Shown piece after piece: positions 54,274 to 64,000 of a stretch of 64,000 bases of DNA. Each line of letters starts with the position of its first letter. Position 1 is the first letter of the stretch. Below the pieces are notes generated by a model, which was given only the letters and a program-made list of their open reading frames with translations, did not search any database and had not been told where the DNA came from. The stretch comes from an uncultured Nitrososphaerales archaeon (lineage in GTDB: Archaea > Thermoproteota > Nitrososphaeria > Nitrososphaerales > Nitrososphaeraceae). Both the position numbers and the translations under genes were made by a program. The DNA lies in NCBI GenBank assembly GCA_963713605.1, contig CAVQMO010000001.1, forward strand, positions 160,001 to 224,000. Reading direction: 5' to 3'.

Positions 54274-54546
54274 TCAAGTTGCGGATAAAGTAGAGTTGGC
54301 TGATGTAGAGTTGGCTGATGTAGAGTTGGCTGATGTAGAGTTGGCTGATGTAGAGTTGGCTCCTTCAGATGAAGATTGAGGATTATCCTGCGAAGCTCCC
54401 TCGGTTGTAGGTAAATTCTGACGGTAAATTGATTCTATTACTCCGGGGTCAGGAGCAGCATTACCAAAGATGTAATATACTAAAACTCCGGTTAACGCAC
54501 CCAAACCAAGTATAGATACAAATGCTACTTTTCCAACTGATCCCAT
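54274..54546 (-). CDS. Small membrane-anchored protein with ANSTS repeats
   Basis: N-terminal TM helix; 15-bp tandem repeat x5 at 54290-54361. Confidence 0.7.
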   Translation of the reverse strand: MGSVGKVAFVSILGLGALTGVLVYYIFGNAAPDPGVIESIYRQNLPTTEGASQDNPQSSSEGANSTSANSTSANSTSANSTSANSTLSAT

Positions 54547-54719
54547 CTTGGCAGGTTCATTAAATACTGACCCATATTAAATCCTTGATACAAAGGTTCG
54601 CTGAACATTTGCATGTATCATCTTTAAATGACCAAATGCTAATTTAGTGAGTATATTGAACATAATTCCGACTGAGAAGGATTTTAAGACTCGGTCACTT
54701 TCAACAAGTAACTTTTAAT

Positions 54720-54926
54720 TTGGTCTACTATTCAAGAATGCTAAATACCAAGTTGACCAAGAACGTAGTAAAATGCATATGGTGCAAGAATGCTGTAATA
54801 TTTCGCTTCAAACCAATGGCCCAGTGGAATCTGCCACAAGATGGCTATCTTTGTGGAGATTGTTACGAAAAAAAGCTCGCTGAATATTATCTAACTCCTG
54901 ATCGTAGGAATCTTACGAAGCAATAG
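54720..54926 (+). CDS. Small Cys4 zinc-binding protein
   Basis: CIWC...LCGDCY. Confidence 0.65.
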   Translation: MVYYSRMLNTKLTKNVVKCIWCKNAVIFRFKPMAQWNLPQDGYLCGDCYEKKLAEYYLTPDRRNLTKQ

Positions 54927-55056
54927 GATAAATATGCATAGTAATTCGGCACAAATGACTGTTACCGGAATTAGCGAAACTAGGTCTTGTCCTCACTTCC
55001 TTGAGAACAAATAGGTCTGTCCTATTCGTCTAACTTGTAAGAAAGGTGGATTTAGA

Positions 55057-55500
55057 TCACCTATATGACTTTTGTTTTCTACGCCTAGCACTTGGACCAC
55101 CAAATTTCTTTGATTCAGTCTGCCTAGGATCGCCCGCCAAAAAGTGACGGTCATATTCTGTTATTTTTCTTCTTATCTCTTCACGAATGCTCTTTGACAG
55201 AGGATGATCTTTAGGGTCTTTTCCTCCTTTCCCTTCTCCGGTCAGAGCTCTAGAAATGGCAACTGCACTTGCGAAGGCTTGTCCCATGAATCCACCTCCG
55301 TGGACCTTTACGCTAAGATCTATCCTATTTCTTATCTCTCCTATCAAATGGATTGGGACCAGGACAACTTCTCTTGCGACTTCCGGTTCCATGACTTCAG
55401 CGGGAATATTGTTTATTCTGACTTTGCCGTTGCCCTTCGATATGGTGGCAGTGGCTCTACTTGTCTTACGCTGTCCAGGATAAAGATCTACCTTGTTCAT
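55057..55500 (-). CDS. rps9: 30S ribosomal protein S9 (uS9)
   Basis: GGGFMGQA, KKFGGPSARRRKQKSYR. Confidence 0.97.
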   Translation of the reverse strand: MNKVDLYPGQRKTSRATATISKGNGKVRINNIPAEVMEPEVAREVVLVPIHLIGEIRNRIDLSVKVHGGGFMGQAFASAVAISRALTGEGKGGKDPKDHPLSKSIREEIRRKITEYDRHFLAGDPRQTESKKFGGPSARRRKQKSYR

Positions 55501-55958
55501 TTATTGTATTCACCCTTCCATCCAATTTGTTTGGCAACATCTCCAACGGTAATATAATAAGACTCGGGTTTTCTTATTTTACAATCCTCAAATACTTTTG
55601 GCTGCTCGCGGCTTAATTTTTCAGGCACGCCAATATAAACCCTCAATTGCTTGAAAGCTTCGATGCCGCTAGTCTTGCGTTTGGGGATCATCCCTCTGAC
55701 CATTCTTGTTAATATTGTGTCCGGCCTACGAGGGTGAAATGGGCCATGAATGGGGTTAGTGACCGAGCTAATCTCTAAATCTTCTTTATAGATCTCTATG
55801 GTTTTGTACCTGTTTCCAGATATCATGGCTTTTTCTGCATTTATTACCGATACTTTGTTACCCTCCAACAGGAGCTTGGAAACGCGTGAACAAGTTCTAC
55901 CCGCAATGCAATTTGCTATATCAACAATAATTGTTGATGGTGGGTGTTTCTTATCCAA
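55497..55958 (-). CDS. rpl13: 50S ribosomal protein L13 (uL13)
   Basis: GPFHPRRPD, VRGMIP, VYIGVP. Confidence 0.96.
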   Translation of the reverse strand: MDKKHPPSTIIVDIANCIAGRTCSRVSKLLLEGNKVSVINAEKAMISGNRYKTIEIYKEDLEISSVTNPIHGPFHPRRPDTILTRMVRGMIPKRKTSGIEAFKQLRVYIGVPEKLSREQPKVFEDCKIRKPESYYITVGDVAKQIGWKGEYNK

Positions 55959-56301
55959 TTATCTTCACTCCCGAGCCGTGAGGGTACTTTTCAATAAGGT
56001 CAGCAAGAGCGAGGATCTGACCACCGGCCTCATTTATCTTCCTCGTAGCTAATTTTGAAATCGAATATGCATATACTATAACAGAATGACCCAAATTTCC
56101 GGCACCGAGTATCTTGCCAGGAACGATAATCACGTCTCCTTCTTTCGTAAACTTTGATAATTTATCTACATTTACCTCTCGTTTATTACTTCTTGAATTA
56201 AGGAGTCTGCGTTCAACATCTTTCCAGAGAGGTGCCTTTGTCCTTTTGGATGCCATTCTAAGCGTCCATACTGTGTCTGCAATAACACCGTCAGTTAGCA
56301 T
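55951..56301 (-). CDS. rpl18e: 50S ribosomal protein L18e
   Basis: REVNVDKL, VPGKILGAG, G.GVKIIG. Confidence 0.95.
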   Translation of the reverse strand: MLTDGVIADTVWTLRMASKRTKAPLWKDVERRLLNSRSNKREVNVDKLSKFTKEGDVIIVPGKILGAGNLGHSVIVYAYSISKLATRKINEAGGQILALADLIEKYPHGSGVKIIG

Positions 56302-56359
56302 GATTTATCTTGCAGTGTTACTTTTTGAATCCCCAAATAAATGTACTCACATAACTTTT

Positions 56360-57010
56360 TCAGGGAACATGCAAAGATGCGACAGTATCGGTAAAATTTT
56401 TTACCTTCGAATTCAACCTCTGGATTGCAGCATCAATTGTCTCTTCTGCAGTTAGTGCTCCTGTAGTCTCGACAGTCAATATTGATTGATTTTGCTCTGT
56501 CCCGTCTGTGACAATTGAGCATGTGGTCGGCTGCCACTTGGCATGATTGCTACCTACCCCTAGTCTAGCATATGCTTCAAACTTTAATTTTTGAGATGGT
56601 GCCAAAATTATGATTGGAATATCGTTACTCACTGGTCTAACAACATCGTCCTCAGAGACCAGTTCTCCCGAAGTAACAAGCTTAGTTTTGTCACTGGCCT
56701 CAGAATCTAATATTAGCAATACTCTGCATTTTGAGCAACCGAGAGAATTGTTACAATCACAATCCTGCGGCAGAACAAATCTATTCAGATCAGTACGAAG
56801 CGGAATCAGTCCTAATCTATGCGCGATCGCTTCGTCGTGCATTACCGACGAGTTTTCCATCATGACCACATCATCAATCGCTAATGCGGGAACTTCGCTT
56901 ATCGAAATCCTTCTTATTGCATTAACATATTGTCTAGGAACATTATTAAACCTCAACACGATGCGATTATTAGTTTTACTCACAACATCTAGAGAAGGCG
57001 CCTGAACCAA
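56360..57010 (-). CDS. rpoD: DNA-directed RNA polymerase subunit D (Rpo3)
   Basis: NAIRR, NSSVMHDEAIAHRLGLIPL, HAKWQP. Confidence 0.95.
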   Translation of the reverse strand: MVQAPSLDVVSKTNNRIVLRFNNVPRQYVNAIRRISISEVPALAIDDVVMMENSSVMHDEAIAHRLGLIPLRTDLNRFVLPQDCDCNNSLGCSKCRVLLILDSEASDKTKLVTSGELVSEDDVVRPVSNDIPIIILAPSQKLKFEAYARLGVGSNHAKWQPTTCSIVTDGTEQNQSILTVETTGALTAEETIDAAIQRLNSKVKNFTDTVASLHVP

Positions 57011-57117
57011 CTTTTCATTGTTAACTAGAGGCTATTAAAAATCTACCGAAAAATAGCCTCTTTCGTGCATATGTTGCCATGTCAAATACACAAAAGCTCA
57101 AAAGCGCGATAAGTTGT

Positions 57118-57444
57118 TTATGAATTCGGCAACAGTACCGTTGGATCATCAGCTCCCGTGGGAATATCTTCAGACGTTGTATTAGACATATCAGGAGTAG
57201 AGCTTGGAGGCAATGTTGGATCATTAGCTCCCGTGGGGATGTCTTCAGACGTTGTATTAGACATATCGGGAGTAGAGCTTGGAGGCAATGTTGGATCATT
57301 AGCTCCCGTTGGTATATCTTCTGAGGTAGCAGTGCCTGTTGTTGCATTCACCAAAGGCAAAGGCACGGACATCAGGAATATCCCTGCAGATATAAATGAG
57401 ATTATTACGATGACACCAGTTTGCAAGGAAGATTTTAGACTCAC
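57118..57444 (-). CDS. Secreted P/T/S-rich protein with 25-aa (75-bp) tandem repeats
   Basis: Signal-like N-terminus; SEDIPTGANDPTLPPSSTPDMSNTT x2.5. Confidence 0.7.
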   Translation of the reverse strand: MSLKSSLQTGVIVIISFISAGIFLMSVPLPLVNATTGTATSEDIPTGANDPTLPPSSTPDMSNTTSEDIPTGANDPTLPPSSTPDMSNTTSEDIPTGADDPTVLLPNS

Positions 57445-57899
57445 AAACCACTACATCTGGGCTTGACGCTTTAAACTTTACTAGAAAGTAAATGATTTTG
57501 TTGAGTTGCTTGGAATGGAACAGTGATGCGCTTTGGCGTTGCTAATTGTCAATAACAAGCTCATAAGTTGGATTCTGTCTACCTTTTGGACTGCTTGGAC
57601 TGCTTGTGGGAACATAGGCTAATGAATAATCGATTAAGATGACCGCCACTTTATTGTCGTAAGTTGAATGTAGATTGCCCTTTGAATGTTTTGGTTGGCG
57701 TTTGTCAATTGGAACGTTCACGTGTATCGTTGACTACAATCGGCAATCGTCCAGTCTCCAATTCTACATCAGGAACTAATATCCTAAAAAACAAATATTT
57801 AGTTAATAATGAAACTTTCAAACCTTATTATTATAACTGTGATGCATACAGAAAGCTAGTTATATTTTTTATAGTGCTTACTAGGTGGAATGCAATATA

Positions 57900-59349
57900 A
57901 TGCAAAAGTCACGACTATTAGCTATCTTTCCAGGTCTTGCAATTTTGGGCGTGCTGGTCTCCTTTGGCGCGGTAAATTATGCATCAGGGTATACGGAAAA
58001 TCAGTCAGGCATCCAATTTAGTTGTTTTCAGACTGACGAAAGTACCGGTGAATATCTGCTTGATGAAGAGGGTAATCTAATACCATGTGAAATAAATTCA
58101 GGAGATAACGCCTGGATGCTTACTGCTTCGGCGCTTGTTCTCGTCATGACACCGGCGGGATTGGCCATGTTCTACGGTGGTCTGGCACGACACAAAAACG
58201 CTGTAAGTACCATTCATATGGTTTTCATGGCTGTAGGACTTGTGACTATTCAATGGGTCCTTTGGGGATACTCTCTTGCATTTGGTCCGGACGCAACAGG
58301 TCATGGTTTTATAGGTAATTTTGACTGGGCTGGTTTGAATTATGTATTACATGATGTCCCTTCTGATGTGTATGCTATAACGATACCTCACGGGACGTTC
58401 ATGATCTTTCAAATGATGTTCGCCATAATCACACCGGCTCTTATTGTTGCGGCCTTGGCGGAAAGAATGAAGTGGAGCGCTTACGTAGTATTTGTAGTAA
58501 TATGGGCTACCTTTGTCTATGATTTTGCCGACCACTGGACATGGTCTCTCGGTACAGGAGGGACTGCTGTAGGTTGGACTGGAGCGCTGCCGTCACTTGA
58601 CTTTGCAGGAGGAACTGTAATCCACATTACATCAGGTTGGGCAGGATTAGTCATCGCTGTAATGCTCGGCCGACGATTGGGATATGGAAAGGTCCCGATG
58701 GAACCCCACAATGTTCCACTAATAGTGCTAGGTGCTGCTCTGCTGTGGTTTGGCTGGTTCGGGTTTAATGCTGGCTCAGCAGGTGGAGCGGGAACAAACG
58801 CAACTAGCGCATTCGTTGCAACTCAAATTGCAACTGGGGTTGCGGCTTTAACCTGGATGTTAATTTCTTGGGCGCACACTGGTAGACCGTCAACAGTAGG
58901 TGGCAGCTTCAGGAGCTGTCGCTGGACTAGTAGCAATTACTCCGGCTTCAGGTTTTGTAGGGCCGATGGCGGCGATTATAATAGGCATTGCAGCATCGAT
59001 TGTTTGCTACGCAGCAGTAGTATTCAAGAACCGCAGAAAGTGGGATGATGCGCTTGACACATGGGCTGTTCATGGCATGGGTGGTCTAGCAGGTGCACTC
59101 TTAACAGGAATCTTCGCTCAAACAATATACACTCCCATAGCTGATGGTCTTGCGTTTGGAAATCCGGTCCAATTGTTGAACAATGCTATAGGTGCATTTG
59201 CAGCTTTAGCATGGGCGGTTGGCATTACCGCACTTATAATTAAGGTGATGGACCTCGTTTGGCCTGGTGGAATACGAGTTACACCGAAGGAAGAAGAAGT
59301 CGGGCTGGACCTTTCACAGCATGGAGAAAGAGCATACGTGACGGAATAA
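57900..59349 (+). CDS. amt: Ammonium transporter (Amt family), split by a +1 frameshift at ~58901
   Basis: FQMMFAIIT, DFAGGTVIHI, LLWFGWFGFNAGS, AITPASG, DDALDTWAVHG, GLDLSQHGERAY. Confidence 0.93.
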
Positions 59350-59357
59350 AAGGTTCC

Positions 59358-59382
59358 TCCTTTTTTCCATTTTACTTTTTTT
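59358..59382 (+). terminator. Oligo-T archaeal terminator-like tract after amt
   Basis: CCTTTTTTCCATTTTACTTTTTTT just 3' of the stop. Confidence 0.5.
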
Positions 59383-59656
59383 CACTATCTTCATGTTTTC
59401 GTATTTGGATACCACACTCGGACATCTAACATAGCTCAAAGGGTTTTCTCAAGAAAAAGCGAGTGGAAGGAAGCGATGCGGAGTGGTCGATTATCGGTTC
59501 ATCACTACATGTTATTTCGTCCAATATGGTGCCTTCAAATCTTAGGCTTAATATGTTGTTCTTGATGATGATTCAATCTACCGTTGCCCGGTAGCCTCCA
59601 AATGCTACAGTATACATATATTGCTTCCAACCTGTCTAAGAATTTAGGATGGACAT

Positions 59657-60350
59657 ATGCCTGAAGCCAAGGTGACTGTCGTGAAATTGGTAATTGAAGG
59701 TAATAGATTTGAAATTTTGGTTAAACCTGATCTTGCTCTTGATTATAGACTGGGCAAGAGAAACGATCTGACCAATGTTTTGATATCTGATGAGGTATAT
59801 TCGGATGCAAACAAAGGATCTAGAGCCTCCAGTGATAAGCTTTCTAAATATTTTAAAACTAATGACTTAGGCGAAGTCGCTCAACAGATCCTGTTGAATG
59901 GTGAGCTAAATTTAACTACGGAACAGAGGCGAAAAATGGTAGAAGAGAAAAAAAAACAGATTATCGACTTCATTAGCAAGAGCCTTCGTTGACCCGAAGA
60001 CACATCTTCCGCACCCACCTTTGAGGATACAAAGTGCTATGGAAGATGTCAGAATTAGCATCGATCCTTTCAAGAAAGCAGATGAACAAGCAAAATTCAT
60101 TATCGACTCGCTAAGAAAGGTCCTTCCTTTAAAATCCGAAATATTGAAACTGACTGTGACTATTCCAGCAAACCACTCCGCTCAAGGATATAGTGCTTTA
60201 AAGAGTATAGGAAATTTCAAGAGTGATGAATGGCTTGCAGACGGTTCAGTTCGGGTCACGTTAGAAGTCAACGCAGGCATGAAAGGTAGGATTATTGAAA
60301 AGATTGGATCAGCGACTCGAGGAACAGCTCAAATTAGAGAGGATCTCTAA
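59657..60350 (+). CDS. sdo1: Ribosome maturation factor SBDS/Sdo1, split by a +1 frameshift at ~59983
   Basis: RFEILVKPD, LTTEQRRKM, then FVDPKTHLPHPPLRI in the next frame. Confidence 0.9.
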
Positions 60351-60459
60351 CTGAAATTCATTTAAAATATAAATCCCATCATGTTTCCCAAAGGCGAGAA
60401 AGAAATGACAAGTACCTTGTACTAAAAGCAATATGATATATTGGAGGAGATATTGATCA

Positions 60460-61251
60460 ATGCAAGAAATAAAGAGAAAATACGTAGTCCCGGGAGACAG
60501 GATTATTGATGGCAATTTCCGTCCTCTCTCGAATGTGACTAAATCTGGAAATTCTATTTTTGCAACTAGAATTGGTATTGCAGAAGCCACAAGAGATGGG
60601 ATCAAGGTAATTCCTTTGTCCGGAGTATATATTCCTCGTGTTAATGATATAGTGATTGGCAAAATTATCGATCATTCTTCTTTGTCCTGGCAGGTCGACA
60701 TAAGCTCATGCTTCTCTGCGCATTTGCCCGCTCAAGATGTTTTTGGAAGGGATTTTTCACCGGCCCGTGATGATATGAATAAGCAACTCGCAATAGGTGA
60801 TCTAGTTACTGCGAGAATAATGGCATTTGACAGGACACGAGATCCTATGCTAACTATTCAGGATAAGGATCTTGGAAGAATTCCGCGAGGCGAATTTCTG
60901 AAAATCTCTGCTACTCGTGTTCCACGATTAATTGGAAAACGCGGTTCTATGATACAGACAATCGAACAAGCTACTCAGACGCGAATATTGATAGGGCAGA
61001 ATGGTGTAGTAGTTGTTACCGGCAGAAATGCTGATGGCACTCAACTCGCTATTAGAGCGATTCGGATGGTGGAGGAGGAAGCACATACATCAAACCTCAC
61101 TCAACGGATTAAGACGCTTTTGAACGTTCCTGAGCCTCAATCTACTGAAACCCTCTCAGAGGTGGTTGAACCAGAAGGCCAAAAATTAAGCGGTATCCCG
61201 GAAACAGAAGAACAGGTGGTGGAAGAATTGGAAAAAGGTGACAAAGAATAA
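60460..61251 (+). CDS. rrp4: Exosome RNA-binding subunit Rrp4
   Basis: VVPGD, S1 and KH (VPRLIGKRGSMI, GQNG) domains. Confidence 0.93.
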   Translation: MQEIKRKYVVPGDRIIDGNFRPLSNVTKSGNSIFATRIGIAEATRDGIKVIPLSGVYIPRVNDIVIGKIIDHSSLSWQVDISSCFSAHLPAQDVFGRDFSPARDDMNKQLAIGDLVTARIMAFDRTRDPMLTIQDKDLGRIPRGEFLKISATRVPRLIGKRGSMIQTIEQATQTRILIGQNGVVVVTGRNADGTQLAIRAIRMVEEEAHTSNLTQRIKTLLNVPEPQSTETLSEVVEPEGQKLSGIPETEEQVVEELEKGDKE

Positions 61252-61991
61252 TGGTACAGACAAGGAGCCTAATAGACGAACAAGGGCTTAGAACTGATGG
61301 GCGAACCATCGATGAGTTGCGCAATGTCAAGATACAAGTGGGAGTAGTGAAAAATGCGGATGGATCTGCCTATATAGAGTTTGGGAAAAACAGAATTGTC
61401 GCCACTGTATATGGTCCCAAAGAAGTCCATCCGAAACACATGGCGCAACCTGATAGATGTGTTTTAAGATGTAGATATCATATGTCACCATTCTCAACTG
61501 ATACCCGTAAGAATCCTGCTCCTTCAAGGCGAGAAGTTGAAATTTCGAAAGTAATGAGGGAGGCGTTGGAGCCAGCGCTGATGCTCGAGGATTATCCAAG
61601 GGCAGCAATCGATGTATTTGTTGAAGTTTTGCAAGCCGACGGAGGCTCAAGGTGTGCTGGCATTACTGCTGCATCGGTTGCCTTGGCCGACGCAGGCATC
61701 AACATGCGAGATATTGTTCCCGCATGCGCTGCCGGAAAGGTTGATGGGAAGATAGTTCTAGACATTAATGATGTTGAAGATAAGGAAGGAAGTGCGGATA
61801 TGCCATTGGCATATATGCCACATCTTGAACGAATCACTCTTCTGCAGCTTGACGGCATTTTGAACCAGGAAGAGTTTAATGAGTGTCTAGACAAGGCGTT
61901 ACAGGGTTGCAAAATGATTTATGAGATTCAAAGAAAAGCACTTATTCAGAAATACTTTGGAGACGAACAGGGGTTGAAAGAGGAGTCTTGA
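61251..61991 (+). CDS. rrp41: Exosome subunit Rrp41
   Basis: NADGSAYIEFG, YGPKEVHPKH, SRREVEISK, ADGGSRCA. Confidence 0.95.
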   Translation: MVQTRSLIDEQGLRTDGRTIDELRNVKIQVGVVKNADGSAYIEFGKNRIVATVYGPKEVHPKHMAQPDRCVLRCRYHMSPFSTDTRKNPAPSRREVEISKVMREALEPALMLEDYPRAAIDVFVEVLQADGGSRCAGITAASVALADAGINMRDIVPACAAGKVDGKIVLDINDVEDKEGSADMPLAYMPHLERITLLQLDGILNQEEFNECLDKALQGCKMIYEIQRKALIQKYFGDEQGLKEES

Positions 61992-62818
61992 GTTCGTCAA
62001 AACGTTCGACAATAATAGTAGAGCATCTTCGAAGGCAACAGATGAGAGAGGCGATCTCGAAATCAAAGAGGCTTGACGGAAGAGACCTTGATGAAATGAG
62101 ACCGCTCGAGATAGAGCTGGGCATAATTGGCAAGGCAGATGGTTCATCAAGGGTAAGGTTAGGGAATTCTGAGGTTGTTGCTGGGGTTAAAGTGGAAACG
62201 GGAGAACCATTCGAAGGGTTGGAGAACAAGGGTGCCTTAATATTGTCAGCAGAGGTCCTTCCGACTGCATCACCTTACATTGAACCAGGACCTCCAGACG
62301 AGGAGACTATTGAATTGGCAAGAGTTGTGGATCGAGGAGTAAGAGAATCAGAAATGGTTGATCTTGACAAGCTAGCCCTAATTCCGGGAAAGGTTGTTTA
62401 TACTATTTTCGTTGATTGCAGTATCATAAATTATGATGGTAATCTCTTCGATGCATCATCATACGCCGTAGTTTCAGCACTAATGTCTAGCAAACTGCCG
62501 ATCTTTGAAGTGCAAGCGGGCGACGCAGTGGTAAACACTGGAAAGAAAATGGATCCTCCACTTACAACTATTCCTGTTTCCATAACTGCCGTTAGAATAG
62601 GCGATTCGGTGATACTCGATCCAACTGCTGAAGAAGAAGCCTGTATGGATGCAAGGATCACGATAACTACTAATTCTGAAGGTAATTTTGCAGCCCTACA
62701 AAAAGGATCCACCGGGTCATTCACGATTGAACAGATCAAAAGGGCGGCAGAAATAGCAAGAATTAAAGGAGAGGAAGTTCGAACCAAAATTAAAGAGCTT
62801 ACTAATAATGGTCACTAG
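61988..62818 (+). CDS. rrp42: Exosome subunit Rrp42
   Basis: RLDGR, EPGPPDE, LARVVDRGVRES, DGNLFDA. Confidence 0.95.
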   Translation: MSSSKRSTIIVEHLRRQQMREAISKSKRLDGRDLDEMRPLEIELGIIGKADGSSRVRLGNSEVVAGVKVETGEPFEGLENKGALILSAEVLPTASPYIEPGPPDEETIELARVVDRGVRESEMVDLDKLALIPGKVVYTIFVDCSIINYDGNLFDASSYAVVSALMSSKLPIFEVQAGDAVVNTGKKMDPPLTTIPVSITAVRIGDSVILDPTAEEEACMDARITITTNSEGNFAALQKGSTGSFTIEQIKRAAEIARIKGEEVRTKIKELTNNGH

Positions 62819-63041
62819 AAGAAAGCGCAAATCAACATCTCTTAAAGGATTAGGAGTCAAATTTGGAGCGACTGTTCGAAAGCGATATGGGGCAGTTTAC
62901 AGAATCCTTCATAAGCACAGAAAATGTCCGTCTTGTGGCTCCAAGAGATTTTCTCGGATTGCACTTGGAATATGGCATTGTCCAAAATGTCATTTTAAAG
63001 TGGCCTCGGGAGCTTATGATATTAGTACGCAGGCACTGTAA
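62808..63041 (+). CDS. rpl37ae: 50S ribosomal protein L37Ae
   Basis: KFGATVRKR, CPSC...GIWHCPKC, GAY. Confidence 0.92.
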   Translation: MVTRRKRKSTSLKGLGVKFGATVRKRYGAVYRILHKHRKCPSCGSKRFSRIALGIWHCPKCHFKVASGAYDISTQAL

Positions 63042-63291
63042 ATCAGAGATCAGATTCTCATTCCGCCAGGATAATCAAAGGACTAGACTCGTAGCAGAGG
63101 CTGCAGTCTCTGCACTTCGCCCGGATACGAAATACTTTTCAAAAGATAATTCATCTATGTCGAAAATTTTTCTCGAGGATCACATGATAACAATCCGAGT
63201 GGAGGCGGACGATATACCTTCTTTACGGGCAAGTTTGAATTCGTATCTTATGCTCTTTAGTTTGTGTATTAACACCTTGTCTGATATTTAG
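63016..63291 (+). CDS. pcc1: KEOPS complex subunit Pcc1
   Basis: ALRPD...EADDIPSLRASLNSYL; position between rpl37ae and pfdB. Confidence 0.8.
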   Translation: MILVRRHCKSEIRFSFRQDNQRTRLVAEAAVSALRPDTKYFSKDNSSMSKIFLEDHMITIRVEADDIPSLRASLNSYLMLFSLCINTLSDI

Positions 63292-63334
63292 CGCTATGAT
63301 TTTATGTTGGTGTTTGTTAATCCCTGTCATATAA

Positions 63335-63757
63335 ATGAGTGAACAAGAACTTCCACCCTGGCTGAAAGAACAAGTATCACGCTTTCAACAGCTCCAACAA
63401 AACTTACAAGCCATAATGATGCAGAAGCAGCAGGTCGAATTGGAATCCGTTGAGATAGATAGAGCATTAGAGGACCTCATTAAGGCAGGTCCAGAAGACA
63501 CCGTTTACAAGAGCGCTGGCCCATTACTGATTAGAGCTAAAAAAGAGGATATTACGAAAGAGCTTGAAGAGAAGAAGGAGCTAGCGAAGACTCGTTTGAT
63601 GGTGCTTTCAAAACAGGAAACGAGGGTAAAGGACAACCTGAAGGAAGTTGAAAACAAGATTAATCAAATGATAAGAGGTGCACAAGGGAATTTAGGTCCT
63701 ACTGGGGGACCTGGAATGTTAGGAGGCACCAACTCGTCAGCCCAAAGCCCACAATGA
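63335..63757 (+). CDS. pfdB: Prefoldin beta subunit
   Basis: ELPPW...QQLQQNLQ...VYKSAGPLLI. Confidence 0.92.
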   Translation: MSEQELPPWLKEQVSRFQQLQQNLQAIMMQKQQVELESVEIDRALEDLIKAGPEDTVYKSAGPLLIRAKKEDITKELEEKKELAKTRLMVLSKQETRVKDNLKEVENKINQMIRGAQGNLGPTGGPGMLGGTNSSAQSPQ

Positions 63758-63913
63758 TATAAACGTGATACCCTCACAAATTATCTGAAATAGCTCAATT
63801 ATACTAAATCAACAACAGCAACCCCAACCATATTAAGGAGGGATTAGGGTCGAGGAGCGGATTCATTTGGAACGTAGTTAGAAACATTAACGAGAGATAT
63901 TCAATAGCTAATT

Positions 63914-64000
63914 GTGGGGGCTAGGATCGTAATTGACGAAAGGGAGAAAGGTAGTCGGATTCCTGAGCTGCTAGGTGGCCTTGGAGCCTCAATAGAATTT
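63914..64000 (+). CDS. ERCC4/XPF-type nuclease, 5' part, runs off the window
   Basis: VGARIVIDEREKGSRIPELLGGLGASIEF (I-V-I-D-x-R-E motif). Confidence 0.7.
   Translation, partial: MGARIVIDEREKGSRIPELLGGLGASIEF

Noticed and set aside
58890..59995. Programmed frameshifting in amt or SBDS
   Set aside because: No slippery heptamer at the shift sites; same +1 insertion pattern as elsewhere in the window.
55204..62787. Antisense and off-frame ORFs over ribosomal, rpoD, amt and exosome genes
   Set aside because: Shadows of well-supported genes.
62863..63015. N-terminal extension of Pcc1
   Set aside because: Overlaps rpl37ae in another frame; ATG 63016 fits Pcc1 length.

Overview
This 64 kb window looks like an ammonia-oxidising archaeon of the Nitrososphaeraceae type, inferred from gene content. 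Core genes: futalosine-pathway mqnE/mqnD, ComA-HTH, class III phaC, PduO, aIF-1A, rlmE, fused AhbAB, a chlorite-dismutase-family protein, sufC, rpoD-rpl18e-rpl13-rps9, an ammonium transporter and the SBDS-exosome-rpl37ae-pcc1-pfdB-ERCC4 cluster. Three accessory regions sit between them. (i) About 8.6-12.8 kb: a decayed provirus-like remnant with an integrase N-terminus, an 11-7-11 inverted repeat, a terminase-like C-terminal fragment and a headless collagen-like gene. (ii) About 20-27.5 kb. (iii) A ~13.6 kb island at the 3' end of tRNA-Ser(GCT), bounded by a 22/23-bp direct repeat (34512-34534 / 48096-48118). The most interesting element occurs in both (ii) and (iii): a ~10-TM membrane protein with a conserved charged C-terminal tail, transcribed divergently from a secreted 'WWxW...DGYW' protein, with signal-peptide-less paralogs of that domain next door. 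It is a candidate undescribed archaeal sensing or signalling module. Several core genes carry single +1 insertions that are probably assembly errors, so frameshift-only pseudogene calls are tentative. All family assignments come from motif recognition by eye; no database searches were run.
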